Of a stretch of 64,000 bases of DNA, positions 47,976-56,904 are shown piece after piece. The stretch comes from Candidatus Acidiferrales bacterium (GTDB taxonomy: Bacteria; Chloroflexota; Dormibacteria; Aeolococcales; Aeolococcaceae), in assembly GCA_035566535.1 (NCBI GenBank), contig DATMRA010000130.1, forward strand, positions 170 through 64,169. Reading direction: 5' to 3'. The position numbers and the translations under genes were made by a program. The notes beneath the pieces were generated by a model that had not been told where the DNA came from, did not search any database, and saw nothing but the letters and a program-made list of their open reading frames with translations. The first letter of the stretch is position 1. The number at the start of each line of letters is the position of its first letter.

Positions 47976-49082
47976 ATGAGCACGCAGTTCAGCGACTTCC
48001 TCGCCGCGCACGCGGCGCGGATCGCGGAGCTGAGCACCGCCGGGGTCGAACCGGCTCCTGACGCAGGCGGGGACACAGCCCAGGATCCGCGCCAGCTGGT
48101 GAATGCCGTGCTCGTCGCCCTGACCGCGGGCGATATGCAGCCGCTGGTCGCCTTCTACAGGCTGGACCACCCCGCAGGCCTGAGCGAGCGCCTCGACCGC
48201 GCCATCCGGGACGTCCAGAGCCTGCGGCGCGGGGCGACCGAAGAGGCCTCGCAGCAGGGGCTGGACGTGGAGCTGCGGGTCGCGCTCGAGGTTGCGGCGG
48301 GCGACGAGGTCGGATCCCTACTCCGGCGTCTGTCAGTCGAGTGCCTCGCGAACCTGGAACAGCAGCTCTCGACCGCAACATCAACCTCATCGGCCCAGGG
48401 GACGTCGCTGTCCATCACGATGCACGAGCTGCGCCGCCCGCTGACCATCCTCAACAGCTACGGCCAGCTCCTGTCCACCGGGATGCTTGGCACGCTCCCC
48501 GAGACCGCGATGGTCGCGATCGAGGGGATCACGGCGAGCACCGAGATGATGGTGCGCATGGTCAACTCGCTGGCGGAGCTGGCCCGCCTCGAAGATCCAG
48601 ATGACCAGATGTCGCTCGAGGTCATCGACGCCGGCGAGATCATCGCCGCGGCTGTGGAGCAGGTGGGCATGGAAGCAAAGCTGCGCGGCACCCGCATCGA
48701 GACCGACGTGAGCCCGGGCATCGTGGTGCGAGGCGACCGGCGCCGGCTCACGCTGGCCATCACCAATCTCGTCGGCAACGCAGTGAAACACGGTCCACCC
48801 GATTCCATCGTCGAGGTGAGTGTCGGCTCAGATGCCGGCGCGGCGCACTTCGTGGTCCGCGACCACGGTGCGGGGTTTCCCCCTGAGGACGCCGCGCACC
48901 TGTTCGACAAATATTTCCGCTCCGTCGCCGAACGCCACCGCAAGGTGCCGGGCAGCGGCCTCGGCCTGTATATCGTCAGAACCGTGGCCCTGCGCCATCG
49001 CGGCGGCGTGGCCGCGCGCTGTGTACCGGGAAACGGGGCCGAGTTTGAAATGATCATCCCCATCCATCAGGAGGAGCGCTGA
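47976..49082 (+). CDS. Cytoplasmic sensor histidine kinase (HisKA + HATPase_c, no TM)
   Basis: H-box ITMHELRRPLTIL; N/G boxes NLVGNAVKHG and GSGLGLYI. Confidence 0.85.
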   Translation: MSTQFSDFLAAHAARIAELSTAGVEPAPDAGGDTAQDPRQLVNAVLVALTAGDMQPLVAFYRLDHPAGLSERLDRAIRDVQSLRRGATEEASQQGLDVELRVALEVAAGDEVGSLLRRLSVECLANLEQQLSTATSTSSAQGTSLSITMHELRRPLTILNSYGQLLSTGMLGTLPETAMVAIEGITASTEMMVRMVNSLAELARLEDPDDQMSLEVIDAGEIIAAAVEQVGMEAKLRGTRIETDVSPGIVVRGDRRRLTLAITNLVGNAVKHGPPDSIVEVSVGSDAGAAHFVVRDHGAGFPPEDAAHLFDKYFRSVAERHRKVPGSGLGLYIVRTVALRHRGGVAARCVPGNGAEFEMIIPIHQEER

Positions 49083-49084
49083 TC

Positions 49085-50497
49085 ATGGCCGCGACCCGCA
49101 CGGAGAGGGACTCGATGGGCGACTTCGAGGTGCCCGAGGACGCGTATTACGGCGCCAATACGATGCGCGCGGCGGTGAACTTTCCCATCAGTGACCTTCG
49201 GCTTCCGCGCAGCTTCCTGCACGCGCTCGGACTCATCAAGCAGCAGTCGGCGCAGGTGAACAGCGACCTCGGCCTGCTCGACAAAGCGCTCGCCGGCGCG
49301 ATCGTGCGAGCGGCCCAAGACGTGATCGACGGAAAGCTCGACTCGCAGTTCGTGGTCGACGTGTTCCAAACGGGCAGTGGCACCTCCACCAACATGAATA
49401 TCAACGAGGTGCTCAGCAACAGAGCCATCGAATTGCTCGGCGGGGTCAAGGGTTCGCGCACCCCGGTGCACCCGAACGATCACGTGAATCTCGGTCAATC
49501 GAGCAACGACGTGATCCCCTCCGCCATCCAGGTGGCCGCTGCTATGGACATCCAGGGCCATCTGGTCCCTGCGTTGCAGACACTCGAGGATTCGCTGCGC
49601 GCCAAGGCAGATGAGTTCTGGCCCGTCGTGAAAACCGGCCGGACCCACATGCAGGACGCGACGCCGATCCGCCTCGGCCAGGAGTTCCTCGGGTACGCGG
49701 GCCAGGTCGAGCGCGCCCGCCGCCGCTGCAGCGAGGCCTTGGGGGCGCTGATCGAGCTACCTCTGGGCGGCACCGCCGTGGGAACGGGAGTCGGCACGCA
49801 TCCTGAGTTCGCCGAGCGCGTCATCGCGCGTCTCGCCGAGCTCACCGGGATCCCCTTCCGCGAGACCGACAACCATTTCGCCGGCCAGTCGACCCTGGAT
49901 TCGGTCGTGGCCGCCAGCGGAGCGCTCAAGGCTGTGGCGATCGCGCTGTACAAGATCGCCAACGACATCAGGTTGCTCGCCTTCGGTCCGCGCGCGGGCA
50001 TCGCCGAGATCCAGATTCCGGCGGTGCAGCCCGGGTCGTCGATCATGCCGGGCAAGGTCAATCCCGTCATCAGCGAGTCCGTGACCATGGTCGCGGCGCA
50101 GGTGATCGGCAATGACGCGACCATCAGCTTCTGCGGGGCGGCCGGGTCGCTGCTCGAGCTCAACGTGATGATGCCGGTGGCGGCGTACGACCTCCTGCAG
50201 TCGATCGCCCTGCTAGCGACGTCGGCGCGAAACCTGGCCGTGCAATCGGTCGACGGCATCGTCGCCACGAGCAACGGTCCCGATCTTGTTGAGCGCGGGT
50301 TGATGATCACCACCGCGCTCGCCCCGCGCATCGGGTACGACGCCGCCGGAGCGATCGCCAAGGAGGCGCTCGCCAGTGGCCGGACCATTCGCGAGGTGGC
50401 GCGCGAGCGCACGTCTCTCAGCGATGAGGAACTGGCCGAATTGCTCGATCCCGAGGCAATGACGCGTCCCGGGCTCGGCACCGCGACGGGTGGTTAA
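49085..50497 (+). CDS. fumC: Class II fumarate hydratase / aspartase family lyase (FumC-like)
   Basis: Signature GSSIMPGKVNP and the N-terminal DSMG...VP.DAYYGA. Closer to FumC than to AspA by N-terminal similarity, but the family boundary cannot be resolved without a search. Confidence 0.65.
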   Translation: MAATRTERDSMGDFEVPEDAYYGANTMRAAVNFPISDLRLPRSFLHALGLIKQQSAQVNSDLGLLDKALAGAIVRAAQDVIDGKLDSQFVVDVFQTGSGTSTNMNINEVLSNRAIELLGGVKGSRTPVHPNDHVNLGQSSNDVIPSAIQVAAAMDIQGHLVPALQTLEDSLRAKADEFWPVVKTGRTHMQDATPIRLGQEFLGYAGQVERARRRCSEALGALIELPLGGTAVGTGVGTHPEFAERVIARLAELTGIPFRETDNHFAGQSTLDSVVAASGALKAVAIALYKIANDIRLLAFGPRAGIAEIQIPAVQPGSSIMPGKVNPVISESVTMVAAQVIGNDATISFCGAAGSLLELNVMMPVAAYDLLQSIALLATSARNLAVQSVDGIVATSNGPDLVERGLMITTALAPRIGYDAAGAIAKEALASGRTIREVARERTSLSDEELAELLDPEAMTRPGLGTATGG

Positions 50498-51353
50498 CGT
50501 GGCCGGCGAAGGCAGGATCAGCGTGGTCGGCGCGGGCACCATGGGCGGCCAGATCGCGTACCAGGCTGCGCTTCACGGTTTCGACGTCCACCTTGTGAGC
50601 CGCAAGCAGGAGCGGCTCGAGGCGGCGCGCGACGAAGCTTCGAAGCTGCTGCGCCGACGCGTTGAGAAAGGCAAGCTGGACGGCGACGCGTGCGAGGCTG
50701 CCCTGGGCCGGGTATCGCTCAGCACCGATCTCTCGGAGATGGGCGGGTCGCGCGTGGTGATCGAGTCGGTTGCCGAGGACCGCGACACGAAGCGAGAAGT
50801 CTTTCAACGCATCTCCGAGTTTGCAGACGAACATGCCATCATTGGCACCAACTCGTCGACGCTGCCGTCATCGCTGTTCGAATCGGTTGTGGAGAACCCG
50901 TCGCGGCTCCTCAACATCCACTTCTTCAATCCGCCTCTGATGATGGCGCTGGTCGAGGTGGTGCGCGGACGGCACACGTCAGAGGACGCGGTGGAACGTG
51001 CGATGGAATTCGCCCGCGCGATAGGCAAGACACCGGTCCTGGTGGAGAAGGAGTCATACGGCTTCATCGCCAACCGCATCCTGTTCATCGCTCTGCAAGA
51101 AGCCATGCGGTTGGCGCAAGAGGGATTCATCTCGATCGAAGACTGCGACGTGGCGGTGAAGAATGCCCTGGGCTGGCCCATGGGACCGTTCGCGCTCTCC
51201 GACCTCATCGGCCTCGACGTGGTCGAAGCGATCCTCGCGGAGGGCTACGAGCAAACCGGTGACAATCGCTGGGAGCCGCTCGCCATTCTCCGAGACCACG
51301 TCGCGCGAGGTGAACTCGGACGCAAGACCGGGACTGGCTTCACTGCTAGCTGA
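50490..51353 (+). CDS. 3-hydroxyacyl-CoA (3-hydroxybutyryl-CoA) dehydrogenase
   Basis: Has VVGAGTMGGQIA and the C-terminal 3HCDH domain. Confidence 0.85.
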   Translation: MVNVAGEGRISVVGAGTMGGQIAYQAALHGFDVHLVSRKQERLEAARDEASKLLRRRVEKGKLDGDACEAALGRVSLSTDLSEMGGSRVVIESVAEDRDTKREVFQRISEFADEHAIIGTNSSTLPSSLFESVVENPSRLLNIHFFNPPLMMALVEVVRGRHTSEDAVERAMEFARAIGKTPVLVEKESYGFIANRILFIALQEAMRLAQEGFISIEDCDVAVKNALGWPMGPFALSDLIGLDVVEAILAEGYEQTGDNRWEPLAILRDHVARGELGRKTGTGFTAS

Positions 51354-51389
51354 ACTGGGCCTCTGCTCGCGAACCGCGTAGCGTCATGA

Positions 51390-51527
51390 AACGGGGCGGC
51401 GAAGTCCCGAAGGAGACCTCACGGAGGCGAGCAACAACGGCCTCGGAGCGCAGGGCTCGCCGAGTGCGAGCGGCGGACCCCAGAGGGGTCCGACCGCGTG
51501 TCTCTGGAGGGACTTCGCCGCCCCGTT
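51390..51527. repeat. Family-B structured intergenic element, copy 4 (about 138 bp). Core 51419-51495 enclosed by a perfect 18-bp inverted repeat acggggcggcgaagtccc / gggacttcgccgccccgt.
   Basis: Lies between two convergent genes, 37 nt after the hbd-like stop. Its core hairpin ggacccc-aga-ggggtcc shows compensatory changes relative to copy 3. Confidence 0.8.
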
Positions 51528-51540
51528 CGAGACGCTGAGT

Positions 51541-52404
51541 TCAGCAGAGGCCCAGGGCAGCCAGGGCGTCTGCCACTCCCGCTTCGCAGGGAGGATTGCA
51601 CGTCGCGTCGGCGTGCGCGAGGACGCTCGGCACAGCATTGCTCACAACGATTGCAAAACCCGCTGCGTCGAGCATCTCGATATCGTTGGGCGCGTCGCCG
51701 ATCGCGATGGCGTCAGTCATGCGCACGCCCAGACGCTCGCAAACCAGAGCGCATGCAGCGGCCTTGCTCACAAGCGGACTCACGATCTCGACGAACTGCG
51801 GGAGGGATCGTGTCACGCGTGCATCTGGTTGCAGCTCGCGAGTCATGGTGTCGATGCAGCGTTCGACCTCGCGCGGATCCTCGATCACGCAGATCGCTTT
51901 GGTAGACGTGGCCCGCTCGAGGAGAGGAGCGAGGTCGTCGACGAAGTTGATCGGGACGCCGGCGATCCGCGCGTACAAGTGGGCCTCGGGGCGGTCCTGT
52001 TCGCAGTACAGCTCGTCGTCCTGGTAGGCCTGGAAATGCCAGTTGTGGGCGCGCGCAACGTGCAGCGCGCGCAGCGCGACGGCGGACGCGAGGCCTTCGT
52101 CGAGCAGCACTGCACCACTGCCTTCGGGCTCCGGCAGTTCGCGCACCAGTGCACCCTGGTAACAGACCAGCGGCGTGTGAATGCCGAGCTCGCGGCACCA
52201 GGGGAGCGCCGAGCGATACATGCGCCCCGTGGCGACAATCACCGGTACGCGGCGCGCCGCCTCCCGAACCGCTTCGCGGACGCGCGGGTGCAGAAACTGG
52301 TCCTCGCTGTCGAGGCACGTCCCATCGAGATCGAGCAGGACCGCCGCCGGCGCGGTGGCGGGTCGTGCCGCTCCCGGCGCATCGATGGGGAGCGGCAGCC
52401 TCAC
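51541..52404 (-). CDS. Cof-type HAD-IIB family hydrolase
   Basis: 287 aa from the GTG overlapping the upstream stop: LLDLDGT...ATGR...GDAPNDIEML. Confidence 0.8.
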   Translation of the reverse strand: MRLPLPIDAPGAARPATAPAAVLLDLDGTCLDSEDQFLHPRVREAVREAARRVPVIVATGRMYRSALPWCRELGIHTPLVCYQGALVRELPEPEGSGAVLLDEGLASAVALRALHVARAHNWHFQAYQDDELYCEQDRPEAHLYARIAGVPINFVDDLAPLLERATSTKAICVIEDPREVERCIDTMTRELQPDARVTRSLPQFVEIVSPLVSKAAACALVCERLGVRMTDAIAIGDAPNDIEMLDAAGFAIVVSNAVPSVLAHADATCNPPCEAGVADALAALGLC

Positions 52405-53411
52405 TCCGGCGACAGGAGCGGTGGTGGAGCCTTCCCCGCCCAGACCTCGGGGTTCACGCAATGGCGTGGTACCCGCCCCGCAAGAGCGTCCAGCGCGTTC
52501 AGCGCGCACAGCTCCGCCATCGCTGCGCGCGTCTTCACCGTCGCGCTGCCCAGGTGGGGCGCGAGCACCGCGGTGGCGCAGTCGACGAGGCCGGGCGCGA
52601 GCGCGGGCTCGTTCTCGTACACGTCGAGGCCGCAACCCGCTATCCAATGCTCTTGGAGCGCGCGCACCAGGGCGCGCTCGTCGATCACCGCACCGCGCGA
52701 TGTGTTCACGAGTACGGCCGTGGGCTTCATCCGTCGCAGCGCGCTCTCGTCGATGAGGTGGTGGGTTTCCTCTGTCAACGGAACGTGCAGCGATATGACG
52801 TCTGCGTCGGCCAGCAGCGTCTCCATCGACGCTCTGCTCACGCGCGATTGCAGGTCTCCGTCCACGTGCGGGTCGGTGCTGTCGTAGTACGCGACGCGCA
52901 TCCCAAAACCAAGACAACGGCGCGCCACCGCCTGGCCGATACGGCCGAAGCCCACAACGCCCAGCAATGAGTCGCGTAGCTCCAGACCGAGCAGGTAGGT
53001 CGGTTCCCACCCGTGGAAGCGGCCGGCTCGCACCTCGGCGTCTCCCTCACGCAGGCGCCGCGCGCTGGCCAGCATCAGGCCGACTGTGCAGTCGGCAGTG
53101 GCGTCAGTGAGCACACCCGGCGTGTTGGCAACGGCTATGCCGCGCTCGGTGGCGGCCGCGATGTCGACGTTGTTGTATCCCACCGCATAGACCGACACGC
53201 AGCGCAGCGTGGGCAGCCCAGCGTCGAGCACGGCAGCGTCGATGGTGTCGCGCAGCTGCGGGCAGAGCGCATCCACCGGACGGCCGCGCAGTTCGTCGCA
53301 CAGCTCCTCGTGCGATGGGATGCGCCCCAGACTGCGCAGCGCGACAGCACCCTCCATGAGTTCTGGAAAGGGCGGAGGGAGGTCGAGCGTGCACAGGACT
53401 GTCGCGGGCAT
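52401..53411 (-). CDS. D-isomer-specific 2-hydroxyacid dehydrogenase (glyoxylate/hydroxypyruvate reductase-like)
   Basis: NAD-binding GFGRIGQAVARR and the catalytic R/E/H residues in the conserved order. Confidence 0.85.
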   Translation of the reverse strand: MPATVLCTLDLPPPFPELMEGAVALRSLGRIPSHEELCDELRGRPVDALCPQLRDTIDAAVLDAGLPTLRCVSVYAVGYNNVDIAAATERGIAVANTPGVLTDATADCTVGLMLASARRLREGDAEVRAGRFHGWEPTYLLGLELRDSLLGVVGFGRIGQAVARRCLGFGMRVAYYDSTDPHVDGDLQSRVSRASMETLLADADVISLHVPLTEETHHLIDESALRRMKPTAVLVNTSRGAVIDERALVRALQEHWIAGCGLDVYENEPALAPGLVDCATAVLAPHLGSATVKTRAAMAELCALNALDALAGRVPRHCVNPEVWAGKAPPPLLSPE

Positions 53412-53446
53412 TTGAAATCGAGTTTATCGGGTACAATCAGTCTGTC

Positions 53447-54691
53447 TTGCGATCAACGTCCCGAGTGCGGTTGGGAAGACCGCGCGTCGCGAGGCCTCGT
53501 CCCGTGGTTAACACGGTCGAAGGGGCCGCGACCATCGAACCCCCCGATCCAATCAGCTTCGATGAGCTGAATCTCAGTGCAGCCATGCGCGGATCAGTTG
53601 CCGAGATGGGCTTCGAGATGGCGACACCGATCCAGGCTGGTGCAATCCCTCCGGCGCTCGCCGGGCGGGACGTGGTGGGCCAAGCGCAGACCGGCAGCGG
53701 CAAAACCGCGGCCTTCGCCATCCCCATCCTCGAGCGGCTGGACCCGTCCGACGGACCCGTGCAGGCGCTCATCCTCTGCCCCACGCGTGAGCTGGCAGTC
53801 CAGGTGCATGCCGAGCTCACGCGACTCGCCGCTCGCCACGACATCCTGGCCGTCGCCATCTACGGCGGCGACTCGATGGCGCGGCAGATGCAGGAGCTGC
53901 GACGTGGAGCCCACATCGTCGTCGCGACGCCGGGGCGCCTCAGCGATCATCTCCAACGGCGCTCGCTGACCCTGGCCAACGTCCGGTTCGCGGTGCTCGA
54001 CGAAGCCGATCGCATGCTGGACATGGGCTTTGCCCCGGACGTCGAACGCATTCTGCGACAGTGCCCGGCCCAGCGACAGACGATGCTGTTCAGCGCCACG
54101 ATGCCTGACTGGGTGCGCCGGCTGGCGACTCGCTACATGCACGACGCGGTGGACATCGACATCAACACCCGGCCTGAGATTCCCGCCGGGGTCACGCAGC
54201 TGTACTTGCAGACAACGTGGGCGAACAAGACCGACGCCCTCGCGCGGATCCTCGATCAGGCCGACGTGACGGTGGCTCTCATCTTCGTTGAGACCAAGCG
54301 CACGGCCGATGTCCTCGAGGCTCAGCTGCAGCGGCGTGGCTATCGCGTGGGACTGCTCCATGGCGACCTCACCCAGCGCGACCGCGACCATGCCATGCAG
54401 CAGTTCCGTGCAAGCCACACGCGCTACCTCATTGCCACGAACATCGCTGCCCGTGGGCTCGACGTGGACGACATCTCTCACGTGATCAACTACGACGTGC
54501 CACTGACTCCTGACGAGTACGTGCACCGGGTGGGTCGCACAGCGAGGGCAGGCCGCTCAGGCGTGGCGATCACGCTCATCACGCCGAGCGAGATTCTCAA
54601 GCTGCGTGACGTCGAGCGGCACGCGCGGACGTCGATCGCGCCGGCCACGCTCGACGACTTCCCCGCCGGGGCGCTCGCCGCCCAGGCATAG
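53447..54691 (+). CDS. DEAD-box ATP-dependent RNA helicase
   Basis: Q-motif (F...TPIQ), AQTGSGKT, DEAD, SAT and HRVGRTAR motifs. The start is uncertain and may lie at a downstream GTG. Confidence 0.9.
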   Translation: MRSTSRVRLGRPRVARPRPVVNTVEGAATIEPPDPISFDELNLSAAMRGSVAEMGFEMATPIQAGAIPPALAGRDVVGQAQTGSGKTAAFAIPILERLDPSDGPVQALILCPTRELAVQVHAELTRLAARHDILAVAIYGGDSMARQMQELRRGAHIVVATPGRLSDHLQRRSLTLANVRFAVLDEADRMLDMGFAPDVERILRQCPAQRQTMLFSATMPDWVRRLATRYMHDAVDIDINTRPEIPAGVTQLYLQTTWANKTDALARILDQADVTVALIFVETKRTADVLEAQLQRRGYRVGLLHGDLTQRDRDHAMQQFRASHTRYLIATNIAARGLDVDDISHVINYDVPLTPDEYVHRVGRTARAGRSGVAITLITPSEILKLRDVERHARTSIAPATLDDFPAGALAAQA

Positions 54692-54698
54692 TCCGGGC

Positions 54699-55490
54699 GT
54701 GCCGTCCGGCGTGGCGTCTCTCGCCGTACACGACACGGGCACCGGCCCCGCCGTCCTTTTCCTCCACGCGTTTCCTCTCGACGGCTCCCAATGGGACCAT
54801 CAGGTGGCGGCGTTGAGCGGCGACTATCGCTGCCTCCGCCCGGATATCTGGGGATGCGGCGCCTCTCCGGCGCCGCCGGATGGGGCGACGACGCTGGACG
54901 ACTTCGCTCAGGCCGTCATCACGGACCTCGACGAGCGCGGTGTCGACCGATTCTCCGTCGTCGGTCTGTCGATGGGTGGATACGTCGCGTTCGCCCTGTG
55001 GCGCCTGGCTGCAGCGCGGATCAGTTCCTTGACGCTCAGCAATACACGAGCGGACGCAGATGCGGATGAGACGCGCGCCGGCCGTTTGGAGGTGGCCGAG
55101 CGTGCTCTTCGCGACGGAAACGTCGCGTTCCTCGTCGAAGCGAACGTCGACCGTTTGCTCGGCCCGAAAGCTCGGCTCGAGGTTCACATCACCGATCCGC
55201 TGCGCGGCCGAATCAAGCGATGCACTCCCGCGGGTATTGCGTTCGCCCAGCGGGCCATGGCGGATCGGCCCGACAGTGCTCCCCTGCTGCAGGGAATCGC
55301 GGTGCCAACGCTCGTGGTGACGGGTCGAGACGATGCGGTGATTCCAGAGGCGCAGATGCAGAGGATCGCGGACGGTATTCCGGGGGCCCTGCGCATCGAT
55401 CTCGACTGCGGCCACCTGTCGAATCTCGAGCAGCCGCACGAGTTCACGCGCGCACTGGCCGACTTCCTGACCCCGCTGCCGCACTCATGA
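54699..55490 (+). CDS. Alpha/beta-fold hydrolase
   Basis: HAFP oxyanion region, nucleophile elbow GLSMGG, and C-terminal catalytic D/H. Confidence 0.8.
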   Translation: MPSGVASLAVHDTGTGPAVLFLHAFPLDGSQWDHQVAALSGDYRCLRPDIWGCGASPAPPDGATTLDDFAQAVITDLDERGVDRFSVVGLSMGGYVAFALWRLAAARISSLTLSNTRADADADETRAGRLEVAERALRDGNVAFLVEANVDRLLGPKARLEVHITDPLRGRIKRCTPAGIAFAQRAMADRPDSAPLLQGIAVPTLVVTGRDDAVIPEAQMQRIADGIPGALRIDLDCGHLSNLEQPHEFTRALADFLTPLPHS

Positions 55491-55690
55491 CGGACGTCGC
55501 TCCGGAACTGCTTGCAATCCTGGTGTGTCCCCGCTGCCGCAGCTCACTGGCGGTTGAGAGCACAAGCTTGCGCTGCGACGGATGCCGGCTTCTATACGAG
55601 GTCGTGGACGGAATCCCCGACATGATGGTTCCGCGTGATGCGGAGCCGTCTGCGTCTACGCCGGACGCGCCGCCCCGACTGCCTCAGTAG
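55487..55690 (+). CDS. Trm112/YcaR-like (UPF0434, DUF343) small zinc-ribbon protein
   Basis: 67 aa: LLAILVCPRCRSSL...LRCDGCRLLYEVVDGIPDMM. ATGA overlap with the upstream hydrolase. Confidence 0.75.
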   Translation: MTDVAPELLAILVCPRCRSSLAVESTSLRCDGCRLLYEVVDGIPDMMVPRDAEPSASTPDAPPRLPQ

Positions 55691-56849
55691 CCACACCGAT
55701 CGGCGCGGCGCAGAAACCCACGTAGTCGATCGGCTCTGTGATGCTGGGATTCTCTCCGCAGACCGGACATTGCGGGTCACGCGGGATGCGGAACTCGCGA
55801 AACTTCATCGCCAGCGCATCGATGTGCAGCAGGCGCCCGGTGAGCAGATCGCCCGCGCCTGTGATCAGCTTGATCACCTCGGCGGCCTGGAGCGTGCCGA
55901 CAATACCGGGTAGCACTCCCAGCACTCCAGCCTCGGCGCAGGATGGCGCTTCTTCCGGGGGCGGTGGCGACGGATACCGGCATCGATAGCACGGCGACTG
56001 GAACGGCACTATCGTCGTGAGCTGGCCCTCGAAACGGAAGATGCCACCGTCGATGAGTGGCTTCTTCGTGAAGATGGCGACGTCGTTGGCCAGGTAGCGC
56101 GTGGGGAAGTTGTCGCAGCCGTTGACGATGACGTCGTACTGCGCAAAGAGCTCACGGGCATTCTCACCACTGAGCATCTCGTTGTGCTCGACGACGCGCA
56201 CGTCGCTGTTCAGTGCTTGCAACGCGATCCTCGCCGACTCCGTCTTGCGCATTCCGATGCGGTCCTCGGTGTGGAGAATCTGCCGCTGCAGATTGCTGAG
56301 GTCGACGGTGTCGAAATCGACAAAGCCGATCGTGCCAACACCGGCGGCGGCGAGGTAGAGCGCCGTCGGGCTGCCGAGGCCGCCCGCCCCGATGATCAAC
56401 ACCCTCGCATCGAGCAGCTTCCGCTGCCCTTCTTCGCCGATCTCGGGGATGAGCAGGTGGCGGCTGTAGCGTTGCTTCTGCTGCGTCGTCAGCGCCTTGG
56501 GGACCACGAAGTCGTAGCCCGCCTGCTTCCATGCGCCGAAGCCGCCGCCCAGTGATTCGACGTTGGTGTAGCCCAGCTCACGTATGGCGCGGGCCGCGAG
56601 GAGCGATCGCACTCCGGCTGCGCAGTAGAGCGTGATCGGCGTCTCCCGGTCGGGTACCAGATCTTCGATGCGAGTCTCGATGAAGCCCTTGCTCAGATGT
56701 ACGGCGCCCGGTACGTGCCCTTCCTCGAACTCGTCGCGCTCACGCACGTCGATGACCACGCGGCCGGGTTCTGCCCGCATCTGCTGAGGCGTCACCTCGG
56801 GGATGACGCGGCGTGCTTCGTCGAGGAGATCGCGGGATGACCTGGCCAT
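55656..56849 (-). CDS. Rhodanese-ThiF/MoeB (E1-like) fusion sulfurtransferase / adenylyltransferase, MoeZ-like but with the rhodanese domain N-terminal
   Basis: N-terminal rhodanese (VIDVRERDEF...YCAAGVRS) followed by a ThiF domain (GAGGLGSP, CxxC...CxxC). Its 3' end overlaps the convergent Trm112-like gene by about 35 nt. Confidence 0.8.
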   Translation of the reverse strand: MARSSRDLLDEARRVIPEVTPQQMRAEPGRVVIDVRERDEFEEGHVPGAVHLSKGFIETRIEDLVPDRETPITLYCAAGVRSLLAARAIRELGYTNVESLGGGFGAWKQAGYDFVVPKALTTQQKQRYSRHLLIPEIGEEGQRKLLDARVLIIGAGGLGSPTALYLAAAGVGTIGFVDFDTVDLSNLQRQILHTEDRIGMRKTESARIALQALNSDVRVVEHNEMLSGENARELFAQYDVIVNGCDNFPTRYLANDVAIFTKKPLIDGGIFRFEGQLTTIVPFQSPCYRCRYPSPPPPEEAPSCAEAGVLGVLPGIVGTLQAAEVIKLITGAGDLLTGRLLHIDALAMKFREFRIPRDPQCPVCGENPSITEPIDYVGFCAAPIGVATEAVGAARPA

Positions 56850-56904
56850 GAACCAAGTCTACCCAAAAACCCGACCAGCTAAGTCTGGATTCCGGAGCCC
56901 AGGA

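Noticed and set aside
51541-53010. 489-aa minus-strand ORF
   Set aside because: Only its C-terminal 287 aa form a coherent Cof-HAD protein. The upstream part is an out-of-frame read-through across the 2-hydroxyacid dehydrogenase gene (52401-53411), which is well supported in its own frame.
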